A stretch of DNA of 21,925 nt from Anaerolineae bacterium (GCA_027021705.1 JALUTT010000175.1:1-21925), one strand, 5' to 3'. Positions 4,993 through 14,303 are shown, numbered from the stretch's first letter. The notes: generated by a model not told the origin, from the sequence alone. Numbers and translations: made by a program.

Positions 4993-7900
4993 GACCTCAT
5001 TTCAAGGCGCACCGGCAAGGGGAGGGCGTCGGTGCCGTCGGGGGCGACCAGCCGTTGGCCGCTGTCGGGGTCGTAGAGCCCCGCGCTCAGCGTGTAAACG
5101 CCCGCCGGCAACGCCCCCGGCAGCTCCAGCACCCGCTCGTCCACCACCACCTCCCCCGGCAACCACCCCGTCGTCGGGCGCATCCACCCCGCCGGCACCC
5201 CATCCGACTGGGCCACCATCTCCCCCCCAGGCCCCCGCAGGTGCAGGAAGACGTGATAGCTCCGCTCCATCTCCGCCTCCGCCCGCCAGACCAGCGTCAC
5301 CGTCAGCACCCCGCCGGGCTCCAACGCCACCACCGGCCCCTCCATCGGCGTCAAGTTCGCCCCCAGCAGCGTCGCCCGCCCTCCCAGCGTCACCCCCACA
5401 GGCAGGGCCGGCGGCGGGGCCTCCCACACCCGCGCCGGCGCGTGCAGGGTCAGCTTCCCCCAGGAGAGGGCGGCCCCGTCGGGAAGGACGAGCCGCCAGG
5501 TGTAGGCGCCGTCGGCGAGGCCGGCGGGGAGGCGGAGCAGGCGCTGGGCGCGCCAGAGACCGGCGGGGAGAACGGGCAGGGTGATGGGCCAGGAGGCGGC
5601 GACCTCCCCCGCGTCGTCCACCAACCGGAGGGGCACCGCCTGCTGCGCTCCTGCCTGCGCCCCCTCGGGCGGAGACCAGAAGAGGGTGACGAGGGCGGGG
5701 TCGCCGGGGGCGGCCTCGGCGCGGTCCACGGCGGCTCCCCAGAAGCAGGGGCGGTCGGGGGGTGGCGGGGTGCACGCCTCCAGCCGGTAGGGCATCGCCA
5801 CCGCTGCCGGGTCCCAGGGCCGGCGAGGGGGCGTCACCCGCACTTGGCCCAGGGTCAGCGTGGGGGCGGCCGGCTGCCCGGCCTCGTTCAACAGGCTGAG
5901 GGGGGCCAGCGTCTCCTGGTCGAAGACGGTCAGCACCAGGTCGTAGGTGCCCGGCGGCGTGCCCGGCAGAAGCTCCACCTCGTGGCTGTCCAGAGCGTAG
6001 CGGTCGGGAGGCCAGCCGGGCGTGGGGGGGTAGTCCTGGTAGCCCCGGGGCCGCCAGCTCTGCTTGGGGCTCCAGAAGAGCCCCTCGGGGCCTCGGACGG
6101 TGACCGAGGTCCGGTAGGGGCGGCCGGGGGGGGCGTAGGCCCGCCAGTAGAGGTCCAGGCGCAGGAGGCCGTCGGCCGGCACCTCCGCCGCGCTCCGGTC
6201 GTAGCCCAGGAGGAGCATGCCGTCGGCGAAGGAGCGCTCCAGCGGCACCTGGACGCCGGGCAGCCGTCCGTCGGCCCCCAGGCGGGGGTGGCGGAAGGGC
6301 GTCGCCCTCCGGTCCACCACCAGGAGCTTGAAGGCGAGGAGCAGGAGGCCCAGGAGGAGGTAGGGGCGCAGGTCCGGGCCGGACCGGTCCGCCTTTGGAG
6401 AGGCCGATGGCCCGCCCCCCGGCCGCTCCACGGCGACGGCGACGATCAGCAGGGCCAGGCTGAGCAGGGAGACGTAGGCGACGGCCCGGCGCAGGGGGGT
6501 GGGGCCGAAGGCGACCTCCAGGGTGTGGCGGCCGGCGGGCACCGGGAAGGCGATGAGGCCCGTGGGATCGGTGGGCTCGATGGGCACCGGCTCCCCGTCC
6601 ACCGTCACCCGCCAGCCGGGGAAGTAGAAGGCCAGGTAGCGGGCGGTGAAGGGAACCGGGCTCTCCACGACGAGGCGGGCCCGGTTGGGGCCGTAGTCGG
6701 CCTGGAGCAGGGCCGCCCCCTGGGGCAGGCTGCCCTCGTCGAAGCGGCGGATGGGCCGCTCCCCGGCGGCGTACTGGGCCTCCAAGGGGGAGCCGGCGGG
6801 CCGCTCCTTCACCCAGACCGGGAAGTAGCTCCCCTCGGGGTCCACCCCCACCAACCGGGTCCGGTGCTCGTAGGCGAAGAGGTCGTTGATGGTGGGGTTG
6901 GGCGCAGCCGGGCAGTAGCCGAAGGGCGGGTAGGTGAGGGGGAGCGCGGCCAGGATGGGGAGGGCGAGGAGGAGGAGGCGGGGGGCAAATTGCGAAGTGC
7001 GGATTGCAGATTGCAAATTGCGCAAATGGCGAATTGCGAATTGCAATCGGTCGGCGGTCGGCGGTCGGTCGTCGGCCGTCGGCCATCGGCCATCGGCCAA
7101 GGGGCCGGCCAGGAGCGCCAGGGGGAGCGCGGCCCGGCCCAGGAAGCGCCAGGGGAACTGGACGAAGGCGAGCAGGGGGAAGGCTTCCCACACCGGCAGG
7201 GAACTGCGGGTGCTCATCCAGACCATCACGACGGCGGAGAGGGCGAAGAAGAGCAAAAGCGCCCGGCGCTGCCGATCCTGCCGGCGGCGCAGCCCGACCA
7301 CCAGCCCCAGCGCCGCCAGCCCCACCTGGACCAGCCCCAGCTCGACGCGCATCGGCGGGTTCATCAGGCTGGTATCGAAGGCACGGGGCGGGGCCAGCGC
7401 CTCGCCCAGGGTGACGAAGTTGTAGTGAAAGTCGTTGTTGCGGGTGGTGCGGGAGAGGTGGAGCTGGACGTACCCCTTCTCCAGCACGGCCGGCGCCCAG
7501 AAGAAGGCGGTCAGCCCCATCCCCAGGAGGAGGGCGAGCAGCGGACGGCGCAGGGCGGATAGCGCATAGGCGATGGCCGTCGGCAGTCCGCTCTCGGTGT
7601 CCGGTGGTCGGCCGTCGGCCGTCGGCGGTCGGTAAAAGAGCCCGACGACGAGGACGAAGAGGCCCAGGAAGGGGGCGAAGAGGAGCGTCGAGATGTTGTG
7701 GGTGAGGGCGAGGAGGGCCAGGGAGCCGGCGCTGAGGAGGAAGGCCCACCGGGAGGGGGTGACGAGCAGCCGGTAGAAGGCCCACAGGACGAAGGGGAGG
7801 AGGGCCAGGGCGACGGACTCGGGCTGGTTGCCCCGCAGCAGCGCGTCGAGGAACTGGTAGGGGGCGTAGGCGTAGGCGATGGCCGTCAGCAGGCCGGCCT

Positions 7901-8276
7901 CGGGGCCGAAGAGGTCGCGCCCCAGCAGGTAGGCCCCCAGGGCCGCCCCCAGGAAGCTCAGGACGTAAAGGGCGTTGAGGGCGACGGGCAGCGGCATCCC
8001 CAGCAGGAAGAGCAGCTCGCCCAGGTAGTAGGAAACCGCCCCCCGGTAGTTGAAGAAGGGGTAGCCGTAGCCGAAGGCCAGGTCGGGCAGCCAGCGGGTG
8101 AAGGGCATCCCCTGGCGCAGGGCCTCGCGCATAGCGACGATGCGGAAGTAGTGCAGCGCCCCATCGTGGCTGCACGGGCTTGCCGTCCGCAGCAGCGGCC
8201 AGAGGGCAACCAGCATCAGGACGAAGAGGACCAACAGAGGGAGCAGCCGTCGCAGGACAGGGCGTTGAACGGTCAT
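4971..8276 (-). CDS. Polytopic membrane protein, PTPS-related/YfhO-like GT-C-type glycosyltransferase with C-terminal Ig-like repeats, 1101 aa
   Basis: N-terminal HDGALHYFRI...RWLPDLAFGYGYPFFNY, many TM segments, QFPWRFL, and YfhO-like YFPGWRVTVDG. Three L.W...GLY-type beta domains follow. The real start is ATG 8276, overlapping the upstream stop (ATGA). The ORF-track extension to 8657 is shadow sequence. Confidence 0.8.
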   Translation of the reverse strand: MTVQRPVLRRLLPLLVLFVLMLVALWPLLRTASPCSHDGALHYFRIVAMREALRQGMPFTRWLPDLAFGYGYPFFNYRGAVSYYLGELLFLLGMPLPVALNALYVLSFLGAALGAYLLGRDLFGPEAGLLTAIAYAYAPYQFLDALLRGNQPESVALALLPFVLWAFYRLLVTPSRWAFLLSAGSLALLALTHNISTLLFAPFLGLFVLVVGLFYRPPTADGRPPDTESGLPTAIAYALSALRRPLLALLLGMGLTAFFWAPAVLEKGYVQLHLSRTTRNNDFHYNFVTLGEALAPPRAFDTSLMNPPMRVELGLVQVGLAALGLVVGLRRRQDRQRRALLLFFALSAVVMVWMSTRSSLPVWEAFPLLAFVQFPWRFLGRAALPLALLAGPLADGRWPTADDRPPTADRLQFAIRHLRNLQSAIRTSQFAPRLLLLALPILAALPLTYPPFGYCPAAPNPTINDLFAYEHRTRLVGVDPEGSYFPVWVKERPAGSPLEAQYAAGERPIRRFDEGSLPQGAALLQADYGPNRARLVVESPVPFTARYLAFYFPGWRVTVDGEPVPIEPTDPTGLIAFPVPAGRHTLEVAFGPTPLRRAVAYVSLLSLALLIVAVAVERPGGGPSASPKADRSGPDLRPYLLLGLLLLAFKLLVVDRRATPFRHPRLGADGRLPGVQVPLERSFADGMLLLGYDRSAAEVPADGLLRLDLYWRAYAPPGRPYRTSVTVRGPEGLFWSPKQSWRPRGYQDYPPTPGWPPDRYALDSHEVELLPGTPPGTYDLVLTVFDQETLAPLSLLNEAGQPAAPTLTLGQVRVTPPRRPWDPAAVAMPYRLEACTPPPPDRPCFWGAAVDRAEAAPGDPALVTLFWSPPEGAQAGAQQAVPLRLVDDAGEVAASWPITLPVLPAGLWRAQRLLRLPAGLADGAYTWRLVLPDGAALSWGKLTLHAPARVWEAPPPALPVGVTLGGRATLLGANLTPMEGPVVALEPGGVLTVTLVWRAEAEMERSYHVFLHLRGPGGEMVAQSDGVPAGWMRPTTGWLPGEVVVDERVLELPGALPAGVYTLSAGLYDPDSGQRLVAPDGTDALPLPVRLEMRSTDGVNE
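6987..7096. repeat. Two abutting in-frame heptamer tracts inside the CDS
   Basis: 8 units like GAATTGC (6987-7044), then 7 units like CGGTCGG/CCATCGG (7048-7096). They encode RWPTADDRPPTADRLQFAIRHLRNLQSAIRTSQF between TM helices. Confidence 0.9.
7555..7632. repeat. Degenerate in-frame heptamer tract inside the CDS
   Basis: 8 units like CCGTCGG (7577-7632), preceded by GCGGATA/GCGCATA units. They encode RPPTADGRPPDTESGLPTAIAYALSA. Confidence 0.75.
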
Positions 8277-11200
8277 CGGACCAGCACCTCCGTCTCCAGG
8301 AGCACCCGGTCGTCGGGCAGCCGGCAGCCCTGGGCATCGGTGACGGGGAGGCGGGCGCCGCTCTCGGCGTCGTAGAGCCCCACCGCCAGCCGGTAGCGGC
8401 CCGGCGGGGCATCGGTCGCCACCGACAGCCGGTAGCCGTCCACGATCACCTGGCCGGGAGCCCAACTGGTGGTGGGGTCGGCCCCCCGGTTCGGCAGCCG
8501 GTCCACCTGGCCGTAGAGCCGCCCGTCCGGCCCCAGCAGGTGGACGAAGACGGTGTAGCTCAGCGCCGTCGGCCCCTCCGCCTGCCAGACCAAGGTCAGC
8601 GTGAGGGTCCCGCCGGGAGCCACCGTCGTCGGGGCGAGGTCGTACCCCCGCAGCCACACCCGGTCACCCAGCCGCAGGTCGAGGAGGTGGCCGATCTCGG
8701 CGGGCAGGTCGAAGCGCCGGGGGCGGGGCTCCAGGCGGAGGTGGGCGATGGGCCGGGGGCGGCAGGGCTCCCCCGGCGCGGAAGCCCCCACGGCCAGGGT
8801 ATAGTCGCCCGGCGGGAGGACCGGATCGGCCCAGAGGTCGTAGCGCCCCTCGACCAACTCCCCCGCCCGCCAGCGGCCCGTCGGGTAGGGGCTAAGGGGC
8901 TGCGTCTGGGTCAGGCGGGGGCTCCCCGCCCCATCCAGCCACTGCCAGCAGAGCCGGTAGTCGGCCTCCGGCGGCCCGGCGGCCTGCCAGAGGAGGCGCA
9001 GGGTGAAGCGGTCGCCGGAGCGGAGTGTTTCCGGCGGCGGGGCCAGGCCGAGGAGGCGCAGGGGGCCGAAGGCGATCCCCTCCAGCCGCCGGGGGATCGT
9101 CGCCGCCTCGGGAGCGGGGGGCCGGGCCGGCGGCTCGACGGTGACGGAGCCCAGGGGCCAGCGCACCCCGGCGAAGCTCCCGTCGTCCCGCCAAACGCCC
9201 AGCCGCGCCCCGTCCGCCCCGTAGAGGCTGAGGGTGACGGTGTAGGTTCCCGGCGGGAGGGCGGCCGGCGGCCGCAGGGGTGGGGCCAGGAGGTCGTATC
9301 CGACGCCCGGCTCCCAGGCCGAGGCCGGAACCCCCGTCGCGCTCACCAGCGGCCCCTCGCCCTCCGCCCAGCGGTGGCGCCGGGCATCCTCCAGGGCCAG
9401 GTGCAGGCGGTACGCCCCCACCCCCGGCTGAGGGAGCCGCCAGCGCAGGGTGACCTCGAGGGCGTCGGGCCAGGCGACGACCGCCGGCGCGACGACCGCG
9501 CCACCCAACAGGAGGGCGGGCGGGGCGCTGCCCTGGAAGCGGGCCTCCCAGGCCGGGGGATCGGGCAGGGCGCGGGGCAGGGGGAAGCGGGAGAGGGCGG
9601 CGCCGGCGACGACGACCCGCTCCGTCGGAGGGCCGTCGGCCTCCAGCAGCCGCCGAAGCCAGGCGGCGGTGACGGGCGAGGCGACGGGCGGGTAGGGCCG
9701 GCGCACCTCCTGCTCTGGGGCGACGAGCCAGAGCGCGTCGTGGCCGGCGGTGACCTCCCGGAGCCAGCGGGCCAGGGCGACCGGATCGGCGGCGGGGGGC
9801 GGGGTGAGCACGACGGGGGCCGCCTCCGGAGAGGTCCCCGAGGGCGTTCCCAGATTGTGGCGGGCCAAGGGGGTCTCGGCCACCAGGAGGACGAGGTCGT
9901 TGGGGCCGAGGAGGCGGCCCAGGGCCTCGGCCTGGGCCTCGACGGCACCGTTGGCGTAGACGGTCGCCATCGGCAGCCCCCGCCAGCGCAGCGTCGTCAC
10001 CGGCTCCCAGCCGGGGCCGGGGGAAGCGCCCAGGGCGTAGTCGGCCAGGGGGGCCGTCTCCTCGTTCAAGGGGAGCGCGGTGCCGACGAAGGAGGCGGCA
10101 AGGGGGGGCACCGCCGTCGTCGCCACGGTCAGCGCCGGGGCCTGGGGGAGCCCGTTCAGCCAGCGGGCCGCCATCCCCATCCCCTCGCCCCAGCCCAGGG
10201 GCAGCAGCCGGCGGGCGACCCAGGGGCCGCCCAGGAGCGGGTTGGCGTAGAGCAGCGGATAGGGGAGGGCGAGGAGGGCCAGGGCCACCTGGACGCCCAC
10301 CGCCGCCTTCCCCTTCCACCGCCATCGGACGGCCTCCGCTCCCCCCAGCCCCAGCCCCGCCAGCAGGGCCAGCGGGGGGAAGACGGGCAGCAGGTAGCGG
10401 TCGTGCTTCTTGCCCGCCAGGGTGACGAAGAGGGTGAAGCCAACAACGAAGGTGAGCAAAGCCAGCCGGTGGAAGCGGTCCGTTCCCCCCCGGCGGACCA
10501 AGGCGGGCAGGGCCAGGGCCGCGCCCAGCAGCGTCACCGGCGAGGCGCGGAAGAGGAGCACCAGGGGGTAGAAGGCCGGCCCCGGGTCGAAGGTCTGGCG
10601 GCCCAGGAAGAAGATGGGGCGCAGCGCCCCGGCGACGTGGCGGCCGGCGATGCCGAAGATGGTTCCCAGCGTCCCCAGCGGGTCCACCCACATCGCCGGA
10701 TAGAGGGCGACGAAGAGCCCCCCTGCCGCCAGCCCCCAGAGGGCCAGCAGCGCCAGGAGCCGGACCTGGGGGAGCCGTCCGGTCAGCCAGGCCACCCCGC
10801 CCAGGAGGAGGACGAGGGGGGCCAGGAAGAGCCCCGGCGACTTGGTCAGCGCGGCCAGCGCCGCCAGCCCCCCGGCCACGACCGCCCACCGGTAGGGCGT
10901 GCCCCCCTCCGCCCGGTGGGTCGCCCCCTCCAGGGCCAGGAGGAAGGCGAGCAGGGAGAGGGTCATCGCCGTCGCCAGGAGGGCGTCCAGGTGGAGCAGC
11001 CCGGAGTGGCCGAGGAGGAAGGGGTCGAAGGCGAGCAGGAGGGTGGCGAGGAGGGCGACCGACCGGCCCCACAGCCGCCGGGCCAGCCGGTAGAGGGCCA
11101 GCAGCCCGAGGGTCGTGACCAGGGCGACGAGGAGGCGGCCGGCGGGGAGGAAGAAGGCCAGGTGTTGGAAGGCCGCCCCGTTCTCCGGGGCCAGCCAGGC

Positions 11201-11506
11201 CAGCCGCCGGACCGCGTCCAGGTGGGTCGCGCCGGCGGTCGGGTTCAGCCAGCGGCGCAGGGCCACCCCCACCGCCCCCAGGGCCATCGTCGTCACGCCG
11301 GGGTGGCCGGTGCGAGGGACGGCGGCCCAGTCGCCCGCGGCCAGGGCGTCGCCGAAGCGGACGGCCCGGTAGACCCAGGCAGGCTCATCGGGCGTCACGT
11401 AGCGACCCAGGGCGGTCAGCCGCAGGAGGAAGGCCACCAGCCCCAGGGCGAGCCACCCCCGCCTCCCGCCTCCCGCAACACGCAACACGCCCCACGCATC
11501 ACGCAT
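8273..11506 (-). CDS. GT-C fold glycosyltransferase (GT39/ArnT/PMT-like) with C-terminal Ig-like repeats, about 1077 aa
   Basis: DE motif after the first TM (YVTPDEPAW), GHPGVTTM, ALTKSPG and KKHDRYLLP, many TM helices, and the same C-terminal repeat domain as the downstream gene. Start placed at ATG 11506, just after the upstream stop at 11526. Confidence 0.82.
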   Translation of the reverse strand: MRDAWGVLRVAGGGRRGWLALGLVAFLLRLTALGRYVTPDEPAWVYRAVRFGDALAAGDWAAVPRTGHPGVTTMALGAVGVALRRWLNPTAGATHLDAVRRLAWLAPENGAAFQHLAFFLPAGRLLVALVTTLGLLALYRLARRLWGRSVALLATLLLAFDPFLLGHSGLLHLDALLATAMTLSLLAFLLALEGATHRAEGGTPYRWAVVAGGLAALAALTKSPGLFLAPLVLLLGGVAWLTGRLPQVRLLALLALWGLAAGGLFVALYPAMWVDPLGTLGTIFGIAGRHVAGALRPIFFLGRQTFDPGPAFYPLVLLFRASPVTLLGAALALPALVRRGGTDRFHRLALLTFVVGFTLFVTLAGKKHDRYLLPVFPPLALLAGLGLGGAEAVRWRWKGKAAVGVQVALALLALPYPLLYANPLLGGPWVARRLLPLGWGEGMGMAARWLNGLPQAPALTVATTAVPPLAASFVGTALPLNEETAPLADYALGASPGPGWEPVTTLRWRGLPMATVYANGAVEAQAEALGRLLGPNDLVLLVAETPLARHNLGTPSGTSPEAAPVVLTPPPAADPVALARWLREVTAGHDALWLVAPEQEVRRPYPPVASPVTAAWLRRLLEADGPPTERVVVAGAALSRFPLPRALPDPPAWEARFQGSAPPALLLGGAVVAPAVVAWPDALEVTLRWRLPQPGVGAYRLHLALEDARRHRWAEGEGPLVSATGVPASAWEPGVGYDLLAPPLRPPAALPPGTYTVTLSLYGADGARLGVWRDDGSFAGVRWPLGSVTVEPPARPPAPEAATIPRRLEGIAFGPLRLLGLAPPPETLRSGDRFTLRLLWQAAGPPEADYRLCWQWLDGAGSPRLTQTQPLSPYPTGRWRAGELVEGRYDLWADPVLPPGDYTLAVGASAPGEPCRPRPIAHLRLEPRPRRFDLPAEIGHLLDLRLGDRVWLRGYDLAPTTVAPGGTLTLTLVWQAEGPTALSYTVFVHLLGPDGRLYGQVDRLPNRGADPTTSWAPGQVIVDGYRLSVATDAPPGRYRLAVGLYDAESGARLPVTDAQGCRLPDDRVLLETEVLVR

Positions 11507-11508
11507 CA
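11460..11508. repeat. Heptamer tract over the start of the GT39-like gene
   Basis: CGCCTCC x2, CGCAACA x2, CGCCCCA, CGCATCA x2 in exact 7-nt register. The presumed ATG lies within the last unit. Confidence 0.75.
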
Positions 11509-11525
11509 CAGAGCAGCCCCCCGTC

Positions 11526-13178
11526 TCACCCCAGGTAGCCCAGAGCCCGCAACCGCGCCTCCACCTCGGCGGCGTCTTCGTCGGAGAGGGCTTCCACCTC
11601 CCCCGACGGAGGGCCGCCCCGGTCGGTGGGGCGGATGCGCACGGGATGGGCCAACCGGTAGGCCGGGTCGAAGGTCTCCTCCAGGACCCGCCCGTCCATG
11701 TCGTCGGGCACGGGGAGGCCGGCCAGGTGCAAGATGGTCGGGGCCAGGTCGGTGATCTGGGGGGCGCGGGGAACGGCACCCGGTCGGAAGGGCGGTCCGT
11801 AGCCGATGAAGACCCCTTCGCTGCGGTGGCAGCCCGAATCGCCCCGGATCTGGCGGGTGATGAGGCGGTGGTCGGTGGCGAAGAGGGGGAAGGCGATGCA
11901 GCGGTAGCCGTCCATCACCAGGTGCAGGTCGGGGCCGTAGCGGGCGTAGGGGCCGTGGGCCGCCTCCTCGCCCAGGATGATCCGGTCCACCAGAGGCCGC
12001 CCCGTCTCCGGGTGGCGCAGGGTCTGCAGGACCTCGATGACCTCCCGGCGCACCCGCTCGTACTCCGCCCCCGGCTCGACGATGCCGTAGGGCTCCCGGT
12101 CCTTGCGGTTGATGTAGACCTGCCCCACGTGGCCCATAGCGTAGGCGACGGTGCGGGACCAGTCCACGTCGTCGAAGGAGAGGAACTTGCCCACCACCCG
12201 GTTGCGGACCCGCTTGGAGACCCGCTGGGTGAGGTTCTGAAGGCCCAGCACCTCCAACGCCCGGTAGACGGTGGCGGGGGTGAGGCCGGCGTGGAAGAGG
12301 GCCGCCTTGAGGCGGGTCCAGGGGTTGCCCTTGAGGCGCAGCAGCCCGTGCCGGAGGAGGAGGAGGTTCAGGTTGACGACGTAGTGCAGCGGCCCGAAGC
12401 CGTGGTCCGACATCACGATGACGGCGGTGTCGGGGCCGGCCGCTTCCATCAGCTCACCGATGGCCGCGTCCACCTGCTGATAGGCCCGGAGCAGCCCCGG
12501 CCCGAAACGGGCCGCCCGCTCCGGCCGGTGGCGGGGGTGGTCGGGGTCTATGAACTTCCAGAAGGCGTGCTGGAGGTTGTCCAGGGCGATGAAGTGGACC
12601 ATCAGCACGTCCCAGGGGTGGTCCTGCATCAGCCGCAGGGCGTAGCGGCGGCGCGTCTCGATCAGGTTCAGCAGGTCGGCCAGGTAGGTCTCCTCGTTCC
12701 CCTCTTTGTACTGGATGCGGGGGGCGACGCGATAAGGCCCCAGTTCCCGCCGGTAGGGGGTCAGGAGGTCGGGTGGGTAGGTGATGGTGCCGCTGGAGGG
12801 GGAGAGGAGGCCGGTGATCATAAAGCCGTTGAGGGGGCGCGGGGGGTAGGTGACGGGAACGTTGATGACGCCGACCCGCCGGCCCGCCTCTGAGAGGATC
12901 TGCCAGAGGGTGGGGGCGCGGATAGCGGTGGCGTTGACCAGGTCGAAATCCCCCTGGACGGGCCGGATGAAGTCGAAGACGCCGTGCTTGCCCGGGTTCT
13001 TGCCCGTCATAAACGAGGGCCAGGCCGGTGAGGTGACGGGCGGGAGTGTCGAGCGCAGGTCGCCGTGGACGCCCTGGGCCATCAGCCGGGCCAGGTGGGG
13101 GAGCTCGCCCGCCTCCGCCCAGGGTCGGATCAGCGTAAAGGTTGCCCCATCCAGGCCGAAGATCAGCACCCTCATCAT
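11526..13178 (-). CDS. Alkaline phosphatase superfamily protein (type I phosphodiesterase/nucleotide pyrophosphatase-like)
   Basis: IFGLDGAT, STLPPVTSPAWPSFMTGKNPGKHGVFDF, MSDHGFG, SGCHR and C-terminal RLRALGY. ATGA overlap with the upstream GT2. Confidence 0.9.
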   Translation of the reverse strand: MMRVLIFGLDGATFTLIRPWAEAGELPHLARLMAQGVHGDLRSTLPPVTSPAWPSFMTGKNPGKHGVFDFIRPVQGDFDLVNATAIRAPTLWQILSEAGRRVGVINVPVTYPPRPLNGFMITGLLSPSSGTITYPPDLLTPYRRELGPYRVAPRIQYKEGNEETYLADLLNLIETRRRYALRLMQDHPWDVLMVHFIALDNLQHAFWKFIDPDHPRHRPERAARFGPGLLRAYQQVDAAIGELMEAAGPDTAVIVMSDHGFGPLHYVVNLNLLLLRHGLLRLKGNPWTRLKAALFHAGLTPATVYRALEVLGLQNLTQRVSKRVRNRVVGKFLSFDDVDWSRTVAYAMGHVGQVYINRKDREPYGIVEPGAEYERVRREVIEVLQTLRHPETGRPLVDRIILGEEAAHGPYARYGPDLHLVMDGYRCIAFPLFATDHRLITRQIRGDSGCHRSEGVFIGYGPPFRPGAVPRAPQITDLAPTILHLAGLPVPDDMDGRVLEETFDPAYRLAHPVRIRPTDRGGPPSGEVEALSDEDAAEVEARLRALGYLG

Positions 13179-14236
13179 CCGCCCCCTCTCACAGCCACCT
13201 GCTCCTCCGACGCTGATGCCCGCTCCGCCTCGCCCACCAGAACGTCCCGAATGTAGTAGATGGGTTTGCCCTGGGTCTCGTGGTAGGTGCGGATAATCAG
13301 CTCGCCCAGCAGCCCCATCACGATGAACTGGACGCCGACGAAGATGAGGAGCACGGCCAACATCAGCAGGGGGCGATCGCCGATCTTGTAGCGGTAGCCG
13401 TGGATCACCTTGAGGGAGGTGAGGTAGAGGCCGACGAGGGTTCCCAGGCCGGCGGCTCCGAACCCCAGGAGCCCGAAGAGCTGCATCGGACGGGCCGAGT
13501 AGCTGAGCAGGAAGCTGACCGTCAGCAGGTCCAGGATGACGCGGATGGTGCGGGAGAGGCCGTACTTGCTCCGGCCCTGGGTGCGGGAGCGGTGGTTGAC
13601 GGGGAGCTCGGCGATCCGCACCCCGTAGCGGCTGGCCAGGGCGGGGATGAAGCGGTGGAGCTCGCCGTAGAGGTGGACGTTCTTCACCACGTCGGCCCGG
13701 TAGGCTTTGAGGGAGCAGCCGTAGTCGTGCAGCCGGACGTCGGTGGCCTCGGAGATGAGCCGGTTGGCGATGATGCTGGGCAGGCGGCGGGTGAAGAAGG
13801 GGTCCTTGCGGTGCAGCCGCCAGCCGCTGACAATGTCGTAGCCTTCTTCCAGCTTCTCCACCAGCCGGGGGATATCGGCGGGGTCGTTCTGCCCGTCGGC
13901 GTCCATCGTGACGACGACCTCCCCCTGGGCCAGGTCGAAGCCGGCGGCGAAGGCGGCCGTCTGGCCGAAGTTGCGGCGCAGGCGGATGACCTTCAGGTGG
14001 GGCTCCAGGGCCTGCAGGCGGCGCAGCACCGCCACACTCCCGTCGGTGCTCCCGTCGTCCACGGCCAGGACCTCGTAGGGCACGCCCCAGCCGGCCAGAA
14101 CCTGGTGGAGCTCCTCGATCACGCCGGGGAGGGCGGCTTCCTCGTTGTAGACGGGCAGGACGACGGAGAGGTAGGGGGGCGCGGCCAACGTCTCAGGCCC
14201 ATTGGAGGCTTGGAGGTCCGATCTGTAGGCACTCAT
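13175..14236 (-). CDS. Glycosyltransferase family 2 (DPM1/ArnC/GtrB-like polyprenyl-phosphate glycosyltransferase)
   Basis: SVVLPVYNEE, VDDGSTD, RNFGQTAA, MDADGQNDP, DYGCSLKAY and ELHRFIP, with two C-terminal TM helices. GAGGAG SD. Confidence 0.93.
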   Translation of the reverse strand: MSAYRSDLQASNGPETLAAPPYLSVVLPVYNEEAALPGVIEELHQVLAGWGVPYEVLAVDDGSTDGSVAVLRRLQALEPHLKVIRLRRNFGQTAAFAAGFDLAQGEVVVTMDADGQNDPADIPRLVEKLEEGYDIVSGWRLHRKDPFFTRRLPSIIANRLISEATDVRLHDYGCSLKAYRADVVKNVHLYGELHRFIPALASRYGVRIAELPVNHRSRTQGRSKYGLSRTIRVILDLLTVSFLLSYSARPMQLFGLLGFGAAGLGTLVGLYLTSLKVIHGYRYKIGDRPLLMLAVLLIFVGVQFIVMGLLGELIIRTYHETQGKPIYYIRDVLVGEAERASASEEQVAVRGGG

Positions 14237-14274
14237 AACTCCTCGTAAAGTCTCTTCCGGTCCAGGGCCGGGGG

Positions 14275-14303
14275 ATTATAACACGGCCCCACAGGGACGG
14301 CAA
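14275..14303 (-). promoter_or_regulatory. Sigma70-type promoter of the glycosylation operon
   Basis: TTGCCG-17 nt-TATAAT with an extended -10 TG, about 40 nt upstream of the GT2 ATG. Confidence 0.75.

Noticed and set aside
5002..11755. Very long alternative ORFs (5002-8412 -, 5055-7562 +, 8180-11755 +, 8892-11072 -)
   Set aside because: Pro/Arg/Gly-rich shadow frames of GC-rich genes with no recognisable motifs, fully overlapping well-supported CDSs.
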